From: Nitrosopumilus sp.
GTDB taxonomy: Archaea > Thermoproteota > Nitrososphaeria > Nitrososphaerales > Nitrosopumilaceae
DNA length: 64,000 nucleotides
Direction of reading: 5' to 3'
NCBI GenBank assembly: GCA_965218695.1
Contig: OZ244651.1
Location: 736,001-800,000, forward strand
Every line of letters starts with the position of its first letter. Positions within the stretch are counted from its first letter, which is position 1. Both the position numbers and the translations under genes were made by a program. A model generated the notes under the pieces. It was not told the origin of the DNA and did not search any database. It saw only the letters and a program-made list of their open reading frames with translations. Positions 42,159-52,609 of the stretch are shown in pieces.

Positions 42159-42584
42159 ATGGATATCGACCAGATCCAGGAGCCTGACTACGAGTCTGTG
42201 CGGATTGAATACGTTGGGTTTGTCGATCCGTATGCAGTGGAGGGACTGATCATCCTCAAGACCGATGACGGGAGAGAGTTTCACATGAGGGCATTTTCAG
42301 GCGAGGTTGCAAGGCACATATCGGGTTTTGGCGGTACCGAAGGCGAGTCCGTCCCGTCGGTGTACCAGATGATAGAGGAGATCTGCGAGGAGAACGAGCT
42401 GGTGCTGGTAAAAGTAAAGATTTACGAGAGCGGTCAGGTGCTGCGGGCAAGCCTTTACTTTACAGGCAGAAAGGACATGGTGCTGCGCAACTATCGCGCC
42501 TCAGACGCAGTCGCGCTGGGGGCATTTTACAACATTCCGATACTGCTCAGAAAGAACCTCCTCAGGATCAGTACGGACGCATGA
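42159..42584 (+). CDS. Bifunctional nuclease family (DUF151) protein
   Basis: YRASDAVALG motif; TTATAAG TATA at about -28. Confidence 0.8.
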   Translation: MDIDQIQEPDYESVRIEYVGFVDPYAVEGLIILKTDDGREFHMRAFSGEVARHISGFGGTEGESVPSVYQMIEEICEENELVLVKVKIYESGQVLRASLYFTGRKDMVLRNYRASDAVALGAFYNIPILLRKNLLRISTDA

Positions 42585-42864
42585 CGCCCTCCCTACTGCC
42601 GGGTTCAGGAAAGTGTGCCGGACTTTTGGCAGATTGGCAACACGTCACCACGCCAAAATCCATTGCCGCCGTCAGGTTCTATTGCTTTTTATGACAATTG
42701 CCACCGCCACTGCGGCCTGAATTGCAGGCATCTGCAAAAGACCACAACACGGATGCAAAAGACCACATGATTTATCAAACTCGCGTATATTGCGTGGAAA
42801 ATATTACCATCCATTGGTATCTGCCTCCATCTGCAGACACAGACACGGGCAGAGGCACTCCTGG

Positions 42865-42916
42865 CAGAATCGCATCACAGAATCGCATCACAGAATCGCA
42901 TCACACAAACGCATCA
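42865..42916 (+). repeat. 13-bp tandem repeat (3 perfect + 1 degenerate)
   Basis: CAGAATCGCATCA x3, then CACAAACGCATCA; intergenic. Confidence 0.85.
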
Positions 42917-43131
42917 TTTTGTGTCCATCTCCGATGTATTCCTGGACTGCCATTGCATGCCCTGCAGATTAACAGGTTTGTCAAGATACTATTTTGCACC
43001 ACACTTAACAATGGACATATCTGATTTTCCTGCAAGGGCGATCATCCTGTATCCATTTGAATATTATCAGCGCAAACAATTAACCTAGGAAAATAAATCA
43101 GGTATAAATACTGAATGTGCGTAATTCTAAT

Positions 43132-43272
43132 GTGGCAAGAAGAGTTACGATCATGATTCAAGATGATCTGGATAGAAAAGTACGCCAATACCAAGCCAAG
43201 ATGATACAAAGCAGCAACAAATCATACAGTTATTCCAGGGCTGTCAACGACATACTAAAGAAAAATATCTAA
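43132..43272 (+). CDS. 46-aa ribbon-helix-helix-like protein (not in ORF track)
   Basis: MARRVTIMIQDDLDRKVRQYQAKMIQSSNKSYSYSRAVNDILKKNI; TATAAATA at 43103. Confidence 0.7.
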   Translation: MARRVTIMIQDDLDRKVRQYQAKMIQSSNKSYSYSRAVNDILKKNI

Positions 43273-43327
43273 AATAATCCAGCATCAGATTGCGTTGTGG
43301 TGATTAAAAGACCGTGCCAGACAGATT

Positions 43328-43545
43328 GGTCTTCTGACGGTAAATTTGGGAATCTCGGTGCCGAGTCCGGGAAACCCACGATGCCCCGGGTGGAGACTGC
43401 GCATGTGCATGCCGCCTCAAAGGGTTGCAGAGCCTGCATGGAGTTGGGTCTGGCAAGCTCAGTTTTGCGCATGTTCCCGTGGAAGACAGAACGATGTGAC
43501 CGATTTGGTTCGGTCTTGTGTGCTGCGGATACAAACTCTTTTTTT
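43328..43545 (+). ncRNA. Candidate structured non-coding RNA
   Basis: Closing helix GTCTTCTGACGG / CCGTGGAAGAC, several internal hairpins, T7 tract at the 3' end. Confidence 0.3.
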
Positions 43546-43594
43546 GAGCCCGCCGTCTCGTATCTGTGTGGGCAGGACAATATTCATCAAGGAG

Positions 43595-43825
43595 ATAATC
43601 GCAGTACTCAAAAAACCCGAGTTCTGTCCCAGGTGTACAAAGAGTGACAGGCTAGAGGAGGGCACCGTCCGGGAGGAGAGAACCGGTGGCAGTACCCTTT
43701 TGTGCACCAGGTGCGAGGCACTGACTGTGGTTACAAACCAGAACATCAGGCGCGTGGAGCTCTCGTCAAGCCGGGGGGACGTGATAATGCTCAAGGAGCC
43801 GCATCTCATCAGAAGGGTGGGCTAA
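43595..43825 (+). CDS. Small Zn-ribbon protein (start uncertain)
   Basis: CPRC...CTRC in the 3' part of ORF 43346-43825. Confidence 0.55.
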   Translation: MIAVLKKPEFCPRCTKSDRLEEGTVREERTGGSTLLCTRCEALTVVTNQNIRRVELSSSRGDVIMLKEPHLIRRVG

Positions 43826-44382
43826 ACTTTCAGGATGCAGTAATATAGGATAATGCCCGGATGGCAGGTGCTGATGATTATCTGACAACCTGCTGATGCG
43901 TGATGAGTTTGCCGAATTATGAAGCACGGGATTTCAATTGTGTCATTGCGCCTGTCATGGATTAGTGCCAAGTCGGTTTGGCTGTATTGTGCAACCGACG
44001 GATGGTTGTATTGTGTCCAGTCAATGCGTGTTGTGGTCTGGCACTATGTTGTTGGTTGGGGTTGCCGCAGCCGTAATCATCAATCTTGCCATCCCGTACA
44101 CCCGGCGGGGATGCGTAGACGACGACGATGGTGGTGGTGGTGGTACCGTGGCATGTCCTGTATGCGGCAACCGACACCCCGGGGAGAGGGGGGCCGTGTT
44201 CCAGGTGCGGCGTGGGCGGCAGACGGGGGCCGGATGCGTCCCGCTGTGCGCGGTGGCTTGGGTTCTTCCCCACGCAGGGATGTGTTACGCACCCCGACTG
44301 CGGAGCGCACACATGGGATTTCATGCAGATGTGGTGTAAATCTGGAACAACATTTTAAAGCAAAAAACGCAGTTTGTTTGGT

Positions 44383-45117
44383 ATGGCAGAGATTACCCTT
44401 GCAGTCGCCGCGCTTGCGGGTCTGGGATCCTTTGTGGCGCCGTGCATCCTGCCCATGATTCCTGCATTTATTGCATATATCTCTGGAACCACCCTTACGG
44501 ATCTGAACCGGACCGGGGGCTCTGGAACAATCACGATAAACAGGGCAAACATCATACTAAACTCAGTCTTTTTCGTGCTTGGATTCTCAGTCGTGTTCTC
44601 GACGCTGGGCGTGCTGATCAACAGCGTCCTTTCAGGGTACACCGGGGAGGTCGTAGAGAGCCTCAACCAGGTAGGCGGCGTCATAATAGTGGGGTTTGGC
44701 TTGTTCCTGCTTTTGTCAACCAAGATCAACAAGCTCAACATGGAAAAGAAGTTCTTTCCAAAGAGATCCAAGGCAAGCTATCCGATGTCCTTTGTATTCG
44801 GGCTTGCATTTGCAGTGGGCTGGACCCCGTGCGTGGGACCCATACTGGGCACCATACTGACCCTTGCTGCAACCACTCCTTCTGTCGCATTCAACTTACT
44901 GCTGGTTTATTCGCTGGGACTTGGAATACCATTCATACTGATAGGCGTGTTCTATTCCAGGGCAAGCAGGCTGATCCGCTCAATGAGCAAGCACCTAAAG
45001 TACTACAACGTGATTCTGGGGGCATTCATAGTGCTGCTTGGAGTATTGGTGTTTACAAACCAGCTTGCATACATTGCAAACTTCCCACTTCTCAACGAGC
45101 TGTTGTTCCTAGGGTGA
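44383..45117 (+). CDS. ccdA: Cytochrome c biogenesis / disulfide transport protein CcdA
   Basis: SFVAPCILPM and GWTPCVGP motifs. Confidence 0.9.
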   Translation: MAEITLAVAALAGLGSFVAPCILPMIPAFIAYISGTTLTDLNRTGGSGTITINRANIILNSVFFVLGFSVVFSTLGVLINSVLSGYTGEVVESLNQVGGVIIVGFGLFLLLSTKINKLNMEKKFFPKRSKASYPMSFVFGLAFAVGWTPCVGPILGTILTLAATTPSVAFNLLLVYSLGLGIPFILIGVFYSRASRLIRSMSKHLKYYNVILGAFIVLLGVLVFTNQLAYIANFPLLNELLFLG

Positions 45118-45121
45118 TGAT

Positions 45122-46228
45122 ATGAGACCAGAACTTAGAACCCCGTTGATACTTGGAATAGTCATTGTGGCTGGGATAGGCGCCATGAGCCTCATCTTTT
45201 CTGCCTACGACGAGTCTGCTACTGATGCAAGCCTGACCGGAGGCAGTGCCGTTTCAGTGATTGACAAGTCTGGGCTCAAGACGGCACCGGAGATAATCGG
45301 GATTGCAGAATATATCAACACGACTCCCGAGGCCCTAGCACAGGAGATGGAAGACAAGGTGGTGCTGTATGACATATGGACGTACAGCTGCATCAACTGT
45401 ATCAGGACCCTTCCGCACATTACGGCATGGGATGACAAGTATGCAGAGCAGGGACTGCTGATAGTGGGGATTCATAGTCCAGAATTTGAGTTTGAAAAGG
45501 ATCTGAACAACGTGCAGATGGCAGTGTCCAAGCACGGGATAAACTATCCGGTGGTGCTGGATAACGACAAGGAGACGTGGAAGGCATTCGAGAACCGCTA
45601 CTGGCCAAGAAAGTACATTGCAGACCACGAGGGGTTCATCAGGTATGATCACATAGGCGAGGGGGCCTACCAGGAGACTGAAAGGGTCATACAGCAGCTA
45701 CTAAGGGAGAGGTCAGCGTCGCTCGGAGTCCAGACTGCCTCGGCCACGGATCTGGTCGATGTTGACGAGTTTGAGCATACGCTGTTTCGCACTCCCGAGC
45801 TGTACTTTGGGTACCACTTTGCGCAGGGCAGGAGCCAGATTGGAAGTCCGGAGGGATTCAGTCCCGGAAATACCGTAACGTACTCTGAGCCGGATGCAGT
45901 AGACCTGCACAAGTTTTATCCCGTGGGCGACTGGACAAACCTCTCAGACAGCATGGAACTGGAATCTGAGACAGGCTCCATCAAGCTTCGGTACAACGCC
46001 AAGGAGGTAAACATTGTCACTGAGAGCAGTGCAGAACTCGAGATATTTCTGGACGGCAAGCCAATCCCGCCAGAGCTTGCAGGGGCAGACATCACATCTG
46101 GGAATATCCTGAATGTGAACGAGCCGGACCTGTACAATATCGTGACCGGCGAGTCAAGTTCGGAGCACCTCTTGGACATCCGGATCCGCGGCCAAGGATT
46201 CCAGATATTTACGTTCACGTTTGGATGA
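45122..46228 (+). CDS. DipZ-like redoxin (thioredoxin fold)
   Basis: DIWTYSCINCIRT, GIHSPEFEFEK, NRYWP, FTFTFG. Confidence 0.88.
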   Translation: MRPELRTPLILGIVIVAGIGAMSLIFSAYDESATDASLTGGSAVSVIDKSGLKTAPEIIGIAEYINTTPEALAQEMEDKVVLYDIWTYSCINCIRTLPHITAWDDKYAEQGLLIVGIHSPEFEFEKDLNNVQMAVSKHGINYPVVLDNDKETWKAFENRYWPRKYIADHEGFIRYDHIGEGAYQETERVIQQLLRERSASLGVQTASATDLVDVDEFEHTLFRTPELYFGYHFAQGRSQIGSPEGFSPGNTVTYSEPDAVDLHKFYPVGDWTNLSDSMELESETGSIKLRYNAKEVNIVTESSAELEIFLDGKPIPPELAGADITSGNILNVNEPDLYNIVTGESSSEHLLDIRIRGQGFQIFTFTFG

Positions 46229-46462
46229 TGATGATGATGATGATGACGTGTACGGGATGGCATCCTTGCCGTCTTGCGCTATGGTTGCAGCAGGTATTGT
46301 GGCCGGGGTGCATCCAGACTGCAGCGCGGGGCGCGGGACTTTTGGCCGTATGCGCGCCTGCCTGCGGGGCGTAACTGCACCCTACCGTAACTGCAGTTAC
46401 ACGATGCACGGTAACACATCGGTTTAAAGCAAACATTTCAAGCTAACCTGAGGAAACCAAGA

Positions 46463-47119
46463 TTGTTAAGCAATTCCTGGAACAGGACAGAAAGAGAGAG
46501 CATCTCCCAGAAAATGATGGGCAGGGTAAAACCTGAGGAACCATTAAAGAACAAGATAGATGTCGCGCAGAAAAAGCTGCAATTCCAGATCTCCAAGCTT
46601 GAGAAGATCGGTGAAAAGTTGCAAATGAAACATGATGTGATCTTCGAAAAGATCGTCCAAGCGCAGAAAAGCAACAGAAACCGGTATGCTCATGCTTATG
46701 CAGGAGAGCTGGCGCAGATACGCAAGATGAAGAACATGATCGGCGGCGCAAAATTGTCCATGGAGCAGATCAAGCTCAGACTGGATACTGTTTCGGAGTT
46801 GGGCGACGTAGTAGTAACTCTCAGCCCATGCATGTCGATCATCAAGGGCCTCAGTCCGTCGTTGAGCGGGATTATGCCAGACGCAAATGCATCCATGCAG
46901 GGTCTGTCCCAGATTCTCGGCGATGTGATGGCTGGCTCCTCGATGAATCTCGGAAGTGACATAAGTGTGGATACTGGGGGCAACGCAGATACGCTTGCAA
47001 TCTTGGAAGAGGCACATGACGTGATTGCAGGTCAGACAAAGTCTGCAATTCCCGATGTCCCCGACAGCCTCAAAGAGCAGCGTGTTGACAGGACGCGCGG
47101 CTCGGTACAAGAGGCCTGA
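46463..47119 (+). CDS. cdvB: ESCRT-III / Snf7-family cell division protein (CdvB paralog)
   Basis: ELAQIRKMK, MEQIKLRLDTVSELGDVVVTLSP. Confidence 0.88.
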   Translation: MLSNSWNRTERESISQKMMGRVKPEEPLKNKIDVAQKKLQFQISKLEKIGEKLQMKHDVIFEKIVQAQKSNRNRYAHAYAGELAQIRKMKNMIGGAKLSMEQIKLRLDTVSELGDVVVTLSPCMSIIKGLSPSLSGIMPDANASMQGLSQILGDVMAGSSMNLGSDISVDTGGNADTLAILEEAHDVIAGQTKSAIPDVPDSLKEQRVDRTRGSVQEA

Positions 47120-47122
47120 ATG

Positions 47123-47464
47123 TCAGGGAGGCGGTGGATCCCCGCTTCTCTGGATCAGGGCTTTTTTTATTCTAAATATGGTGGGATAGCTGTATCCGCG
47201 TCTGCGATAGTTTGCAATCATGATCTTCCAGTTCTTCAGCCTCCATCGGGCCTGCTCGGCAGTGACTGAGTGGACCTCCTTTTGGATTATGCTCTTCCGT
47301 CCCACCTTTAGGGTCCCTGCATCTTTTGCAGACCACCTGTTTCTTGCAAACTTGAGTCCTGCCAGGATCTCGTCTATTGGCATCTCCCCAAAGTATCTTT
47401 GCAGATCCCTCACCTGGGAGTCCGTGGGCTTTTCGGCTACCGGAAGCCGTATGGTGTCCTTCAC
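47123..47464 (-). CDS. Conserved hypothetical protein
   Basis: Plausible basic globular C-terminal half of ORF 47123-47947; GTG start inferred. Confidence 0.6.
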   Translation of the reverse strand: MKDTIRLPVAEKPTDSQVRDLQRYFGEMPIDEILAGLKFARNRWSAKDAGTLKVGRKSIIQKEVHSVTAEQARWRLKNWKIMIANYRRRGYSYPTIFRIKKALIQRSGDPPPP

Positions 47465-47695
47465 AGGATTATCTGAGTCATGCCTACTTAATAGAATCAC
47501 GTTCCCCTGTGTGGTGTCCTGATGGGATGCCTCCTGGTGTGGCTGTACCCGAATGCCAGAGTGTGGGCCGTCCGGGCCCATGCCGGTGGTGTGTGAATGC
47601 AGATTCCTCCAGGAACAGGGCTTACAGAGACTCAGATTCGCATCCAGGCAGATGGGACATGCGACAATTTTATAGGGTTCTGTGAAATTCATTGC

Positions 47696-47815
47696 ATGGG
47701 TCGGCTTACCAAACTTCTTGTGTTGGTTCCCCTGACTGCCTTTGGGGTTGTGATACTGGGGCTTGGGATGTATCTGACACTGTGCAAAAACTCCAACATC
47801 CCGTTTGACTGCTGA
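47696..47815 (+). CDS. 39-aa single-TM protein
   Basis: MGRLTKLLVLVPLTAFGVVILGLGMYLTLCK; TTTTATAG at about -25. Confidence 0.5.
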   Translation: MGRLTKLLVLVPLTAFGVVILGLGMYLTLCKNSNIPFDC

Positions 47816-47947
47816 TGTCAGCCCGCAGACAGACAGTTGGGTACTGCCATATGGCCGCATGGCCAAAAACGCGCGGTCTGGCCACATCAGCGTGTCCGGA
47901 TGCAGGCATGTGGCGGATTCCCCCCACCCACCCATCCACCCACCCAC

Positions 47948-48385
47948 TTAATCTGCAGCGTCCTGAACGGTGACGGTAAATGTCCCCCGGACGTTCGGGT
48001 TCTGCAGGTTTCGTATCATCTTCCTTGGAATGGCATCTGACGCCTCGTCACAGCGTATGGCAAGCGTCCTTGGACACGTGAAACTGCTGGTCCTGATCAC
48101 AATGTCATGCTCGTCAGACAGTTCAAGGTCGGGATGTCCATGCCCGTTCACGACAAACTCCGAGTCCCCGACCCGGATGGAGACGGCAACGCGCGCGCCA
48201 GTACTTCTGAGCATGGCCTTCATCTCACCAGGCAGGCCGGCGCATCCCGATGCGGCCCCGACCCCGACGATGCAGTCGCCCTGCAGGGTCAGGTGCGGCT
48301 CCCGTGTAATCTCAATGGTCCTGCCGTGCAGTGATCTGATGTTTGGGTGCCCAAAGAACGGTATCTCAAAGTGCATGTAAGTCAA
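47948..48385 (-). CDS. DUF371 family protein
   Basis: GHPNI..H..TIEIT, LTLQGDCIVGV, DIVIRTS. Confidence 0.88.
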   Translation of the reverse strand: MTYMHFEIPFFGHPNIRSLHGRTIEITREPHLTLQGDCIVGVGAASGCAGLPGEMKAMLRSTGARVAVSIRVGDSEFVVNGHGHPDLELSDEHDIVIRTSSFTCPRTLAIRCDEASDAIPRKMIRNLQNPNVRGTFTVTVQDAAD

Positions 48386-48525
48386 ACCGGCCAGACTTAA
48401 ATTAAACTAACAGTGGGGGATTTTGCCATTCGGTAACCATGTTTGATGTTTGGCGGCGCCTCTTCTAGGCATTTGCGCGGATTGTTACGTGAATGGGCCG
48501 CCTGCAGGCCGCAGACAATCCCGGG

Positions 48526-50448
48526 TTACCCTAGTGAATGGCGTGATCTTGCGTACTCGCGGATCTTGAATCCTGCCAAGGCAGGTGCTGCCACATACAT
48601 TCCCAGGTTGAGCGCGATGACTGCCGCGCCGAGTCCCAAAACCCCCGCTTCGGAGCCCTCGTCTGCGAGTGTCATGACAGACAGCGTGACCAGCATCGGC
48701 GTGATGAATGCCCTGACGGCCTCGCGGAACATCTGGTTTTCCCGTTCTGCGTCTGCTATTACAGGTGAAAACGAGTAGTATATCTGGTTGAATCCTGACA
48801 TGAATGATGCTCCTGCAGCGGTGCTCATTACCGTGCCGTCGCGGATCTCCCTTAGCATCTGGACTTGCGGCGCAAGCTCGCTGCCGTATGCTGCAGTTGC
48901 AATGAGGCATCCGCCGCCGTCGCCGTCATCACCGCCGCCACCGGCATCTGTGATGCATATGCCATCTTGCATGACGGTTCCGGGATCACACTCCTGTTCG
49001 GCTTCGGTGTCCGGAGCCACTGCCACAGGCACCAGGCCCAAATCCGAAACGTACGTTCCTATGCGCTCCCATCCCGTGGATTTTATTCCCCACACGGCAT
49101 AGCTGGTCTCAGCAGAGTCGCCTGCGTCGTTTAGCATTATGTTGCCCAACGCGCCGTCATATCCTGAGACTGCCAACGGGATCTGCCTTTTAATCTCCTC
49201 AAAGCCCCCGTCCCCGGCAGCCTCTATTGCAAGGCCAAGTGTCCATATTGAGTCATAGGAGGCGTACGTGTAGACGTTTGGGGTGCTGCCTGCAACCCTC
49301 GGATCTGCAGACAGGCGCGCGTTTAGCTGCTGGTATCTCTGGCTTGTCAGGTCTTCTGCAAATATGCACGAGGTAAAGTTGACATCCTGCATGAACTGAA
49401 ATATCGCCGGATCATCCACAAGGGAACTGCTCAGTATGTTGGCATCGGATCCTACCCAATTCACGGTGTGCAGCACCGGATGGGCAGCCGCCCTCTGCAT
49501 AAAGTCAGCAGTCTCAGCAGCTCCAATGTACAGTACTGCCACCTCCTCGCTGCCGTGGCTGTCCACGTACATCTGCACCTTCTCGCGCAGTTGCTCTGTC
49601 AGGGCATCAAAGGCAGCGTCGTGACAGTTATCCTCATCACACAACGGATAGCTTCCCAGATCATCCACCGTGCCTCCAAGTTCCTCAAACTTTGCCGCCG
49701 TACTGTCATGAAGTCCGTTGCCGAACGGTCCGTCCCTCCAGACAGAGATCAGCACCGTCTTCCCGTTATCCCACAACAGGTTGGAGATTACCGGTCCGTG
49801 AAGGGCGTCGTCGGGAGCCATGCGGAACACGTTGTCGCCCTCAAATGCAAGCGAGGGGGCAGTAGAGCAGCAGCTGACAACCAGCATGTCGTTGGCATCG
49901 ACATAGTCTTTTATCATGCTGACCTTGGAGCTTGCAGAGGGTCCGGATATGAACCGGATGCCCTCACCATGAAGCGACTTTGCCAAATCCAACGGGTCTG
50001 CCGAAGGCGCAGCAGTGTCTCTGATATCCACGTCCAGCCTCCATGATGCGCCGCTTGCCTCAAGATACCTGTTAAAGTCTTCGATGGCAAGCTCTGTGGC
50101 GACCTGCCTGTGGATGCCTGCCCCGTCGGGCCTGCTCACGGGTACAAGCGCCCCTATGGTGATGATCTCGGTCTGCTTTCCGTTTATCATCTCGGATGTG
50201 GCGTCGTGCTTGTCGTCGTCCAGATCATCTGCCACGCCAGGTTCTGTATCTCCTGCCGCATCAGCATAGGGTACGGGGTCATGGTGGATATCAAGAGTGC
50301 CTCTTTGCAGTTCATCCGGCGGGATTCCATCAGGTGGGTGCCGGTCAAAGGTCATGGCATCGACGTTCGTGTCCTGGCCTGCAAAATAGTAACCGACGCC
50401 AAAAAGGACGGCCACAGACATCATGACAAAAAGGACGTTTAATTTCAT
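48526..50448 (-). CDS. Type 1 periplasmic (branched-chain amino acid-type) substrate-binding protein with CFI-box-CTERM
   Basis: STAPSL, VFRMAPDD, SYDSIW; GGGCLIATAAYGSELAPQVQMLREIRD. Confidence 0.88.
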   Translation of the reverse strand: MKLNVLFVMMSVAVLFGVGYYFAGQDTNVDAMTFDRHPPDGIPPDELQRGTLDIHHDPVPYADAAGDTEPGVADDLDDDKHDATSEMINGKQTEIITIGALVPVSRPDGAGIHRQVATELAIEDFNRYLEASGASWRLDVDIRDTAAPSADPLDLAKSLHGEGIRFISGPSASSKVSMIKDYVDANDMLVVSCCSTAPSLAFEGDNVFRMAPDDALHGPVISNLLWDNGKTVLISVWRDGPFGNGLHDSTAAKFEELGGTVDDLGSYPLCDEDNCHDAAFDALTEQLREKVQMYVDSHGSEEVAVLYIGAAETADFMQRAAAHPVLHTVNWVGSDANILSSSLVDDPAIFQFMQDVNFTSCIFAEDLTSQRYQQLNARLSADPRVAGSTPNVYTYASYDSIWTLGLAIEAAGDGGFEEIKRQIPLAVSGYDGALGNIMLNDAGDSAETSYAVWGIKSTGWERIGTYVSDLGLVPVAVAPDTEAEQECDPGTVMQDGICITDAGGGGDDGDGGGCLIATAAYGSELAPQVQMLREIRDGTVMSTAAGASFMSGFNQIYYSFSPVIADAERENQMFREAVRAFITPMLVTLSVMTLADEGSEAGVLGLGAAVIALNLGMYVAAPALAGFKIREYARSRHSLG

Positions 50449-50541
50449 GCAGATTCTTAAGCATAGTGTAAGAATAAGGCGTTGTCCACACCTTCGTCAA
50501 AAAACCGTCGATAAGCTTAAAGATCATCAGCGTCAGGCATC

Positions 50542-51897
50542 AACTTTGTTTCCTAATTATTCCCAACCACGCCCAACATGTCCAGAATTAGGCCAGATCA
50601 GCTGAATTTGAACATAATATCAAACATTTTCAATAGAAAACTGCATTGATCAGAGAGGTGTGCAGACAGTCAGGTTACAGCCATGACTGAAAACACATCC
50701 TCTCCAGACAAAACGGGCACGCATGAGGCTAAAAAATCTTTCAAATCCGGAAAACGCCGGTTCCAATACGATGACCGCAGGTACATAGACCGCGGCCAGC
50801 TGTGGACGCTCCAGATAAGCCCGGAGATCCTGACTCAGGGAGTCGAGAAGCTAAACTGCGGGAAGGTCGGCCGCCCGTACGTATTTTCAAACGCGTGCTT
50901 TGCAGCAGCATCCCTGTTCAGAAACGCCACCGGCATAAGGTACAGGCAGCTCCAGGGCGTGGCAGAGACGATAGTCGGCAGGGAAGACGCGCCCACGTAT
51001 TCGGTGTTCCAGAAGAGGATGACCAGGTTGGGCTGCACTGTTGCAGATAATGATGATGGCAGCGGCACGGCTTCTGCGTGGTTCTCAGACGGCAACACCA
51101 GAGCAGAGATCAAGCTGTTTGCCTTCGACTCCACTGGACTCAAGCCCACAAACCGCGGCGACTGGATGACAAAAAAGTGGGGGACCAGGCGGGGCTTCAT
51201 AAAGCTGCACGTCGGGGTGGATGCCAAAACCAAAAAGATCTACGCCGTGGCCATAACCGACGACAAGTGCGGGGACTCTCCGCAGTTTGAGGAACTGGTG
51301 GGGCAGGCCCTTGCAAATGCAAAAAAATCCCCAAACGTAGAGACTTCTGCAAGCACCAAGACGGCAGCCGACGGCGCGTACGACACCAAGAAGATCCGCA
51401 GGTACTGCGACGAACAGGGAATCGAGCCGCTGATTCCCGTCCGCATTGACTTTGCCGGAAAGGCAGACGGGTGCATGCCCCGCAAGGAGGCAGGATTCAG
51501 GCAGCTGGGTGGCATGGACTGCATGGACAAGACGGCAGGACTCAAGTTTGCAGGCCTCACGCGCGAACAAAAGAGGGAATTCCAGAAGGCGTGGCGCAGG
51601 GAGTCCGGGTACAACGACCGGTGGTCAGTCGAGATTGTATTTTCCACGTTCAAGCGGGTGTTGGGCGAGTGCATAAGCGCGCGCAAGTGGGAGAACGTCA
51701 AGGCCGAGATATACGGAAAAGTGCAGCTGTACAACCAGATGATCGATACTGCGATCGACGGCGGGTACGGCACGCCAAGGATCGTGCAAGTCTACAAGCC
51801 CGGTCCAAAAACTGCAAGGGATGAGGGGGCAAGACGATGACATAGACAGAATTGCACAGACTGGTATCTGTGTCGAGAGTAATTAGGAAACAAAGTT
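50542..51897 (+). mobile_element. IS5-family (IS903-like) insertion sequence
   Basis: IR AACTTTGTTTCCTAATTA; 9-bp TSD TCAGGCATC (50533-50541, 51898-51906). Confidence 0.93.
50683..51840 (+). CDS. IS5-family transposase
   Basis: FDSTGLK, FIKLHVGVD, ADGAYD, YNDRWSVEIVFS. Confidence 0.92.
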   Translation: MTENTSSPDKTGTHEAKKSFKSGKRRFQYDDRRYIDRGQLWTLQISPEILTQGVEKLNCGKVGRPYVFSNACFAAASLFRNATGIRYRQLQGVAETIVGREDAPTYSVFQKRMTRLGCTVADNDDGSGTASAWFSDGNTRAEIKLFAFDSTGLKPTNRGDWMTKKWGTRRGFIKLHVGVDAKTKKIYAVAITDDKCGDSPQFEELVGQALANAKKSPNVETSASTKTAADGAYDTKKIRRYCDEQGIEPLIPVRIDFAGKADGCMPRKEAGFRQLGGMDCMDKTAGLKFAGLTREQKREFQKAWRRESGYNDRWSVEIVFSTFKRVLGECISARKWENVKAEIYGKVQLYNQMIDTAIDGGYGTPRIVQVYKPGPKTARDEGARR

Positions 51898-51942
51898 TCA
51901 GGCATCAGAAAAGTTTTGGATCACCGATCCCGTCCACAATTA

Positions 51943-52074
51943 ATGAATTCCAACAGGAAAAAGAGGAAGGCAAAGAACAGAGACAAGAAAAACAGAGACA
52001 AGAAAAACAAGAAGAAATGGGTACGGCCGAAAGGCTACAGCAAGGAATACGAGATACGAAGGAGTGGAGAGGGG
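51943..52074 (+). pseudogene. N-terminal fragment of an IS5-like transposase
   Basis: KKWVRPKGYSKEYEIRRSGEG parallels KKWERPAGYYKEYETRRRGEG of the 33074 transposase; cognate end GGCGTTGTCCA at 50478. Confidence 0.7.
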
Positions 52075-52609
52075 GTACGCGTTCACCTCCCCCCTCCATT
52101 TGGTGCGACACTGTTGAGCCTTTTGGCACATATGACAATTGGATGGGTCAGAATTTACAAACAAAATTAGATTTTTTAGATTAGGTGATTAAAACGGCTG
52201 CACGTGAGATGTGAATTACCATGACCCACACGCACGTGCGCCAATATACACACGCAGAATCCGTATTTAAGAATGCAAACTGCACGGCGTCGCGGCGGAT
52301 GCAGGTGCAGTCCTGAATGGTTGTCCCGAAATCCGAAAGGATCATACTGCAGGCAGAGCTGCGCCGCGTGTGGGGAATCGTGGAGATCCTGCTGGGCCTG
52401 GTCGCAGCCTCTCTGGGAACCACCGGAAAGACGCTGGCTGTCGTTATCGAGGAGACGGCGCACCAGGCAGAGGAGATCCGGACCCTGAAGGCAGAGAAGA
52501 AGCAGCTGGCCCGGGAACTTTCAGTCCACGAGAGTTGGAACCATTCATCCAGGGGCGCCGTGCTGTTTACCCGGAAGCGAAGAGCCTTCAAAAGTGATCC
52601 GCAGGTAAG

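Noticed and set aside
42865-42916. Possible CRISPR array
   Set aside because: The 13-bp units have no spacers and there are no cas genes.
43850-44350. Overlapping ORFs with CPVC and a poly-D/G run
   Set aside because: No consistent frame or family is recognisable; possibly decayed sequence.
46223-46246. (GAT)n microsatellite and ORF 46221-46427
   Set aside because: A simple repeat at a stop codon; the downstream ORF lacks coding features.
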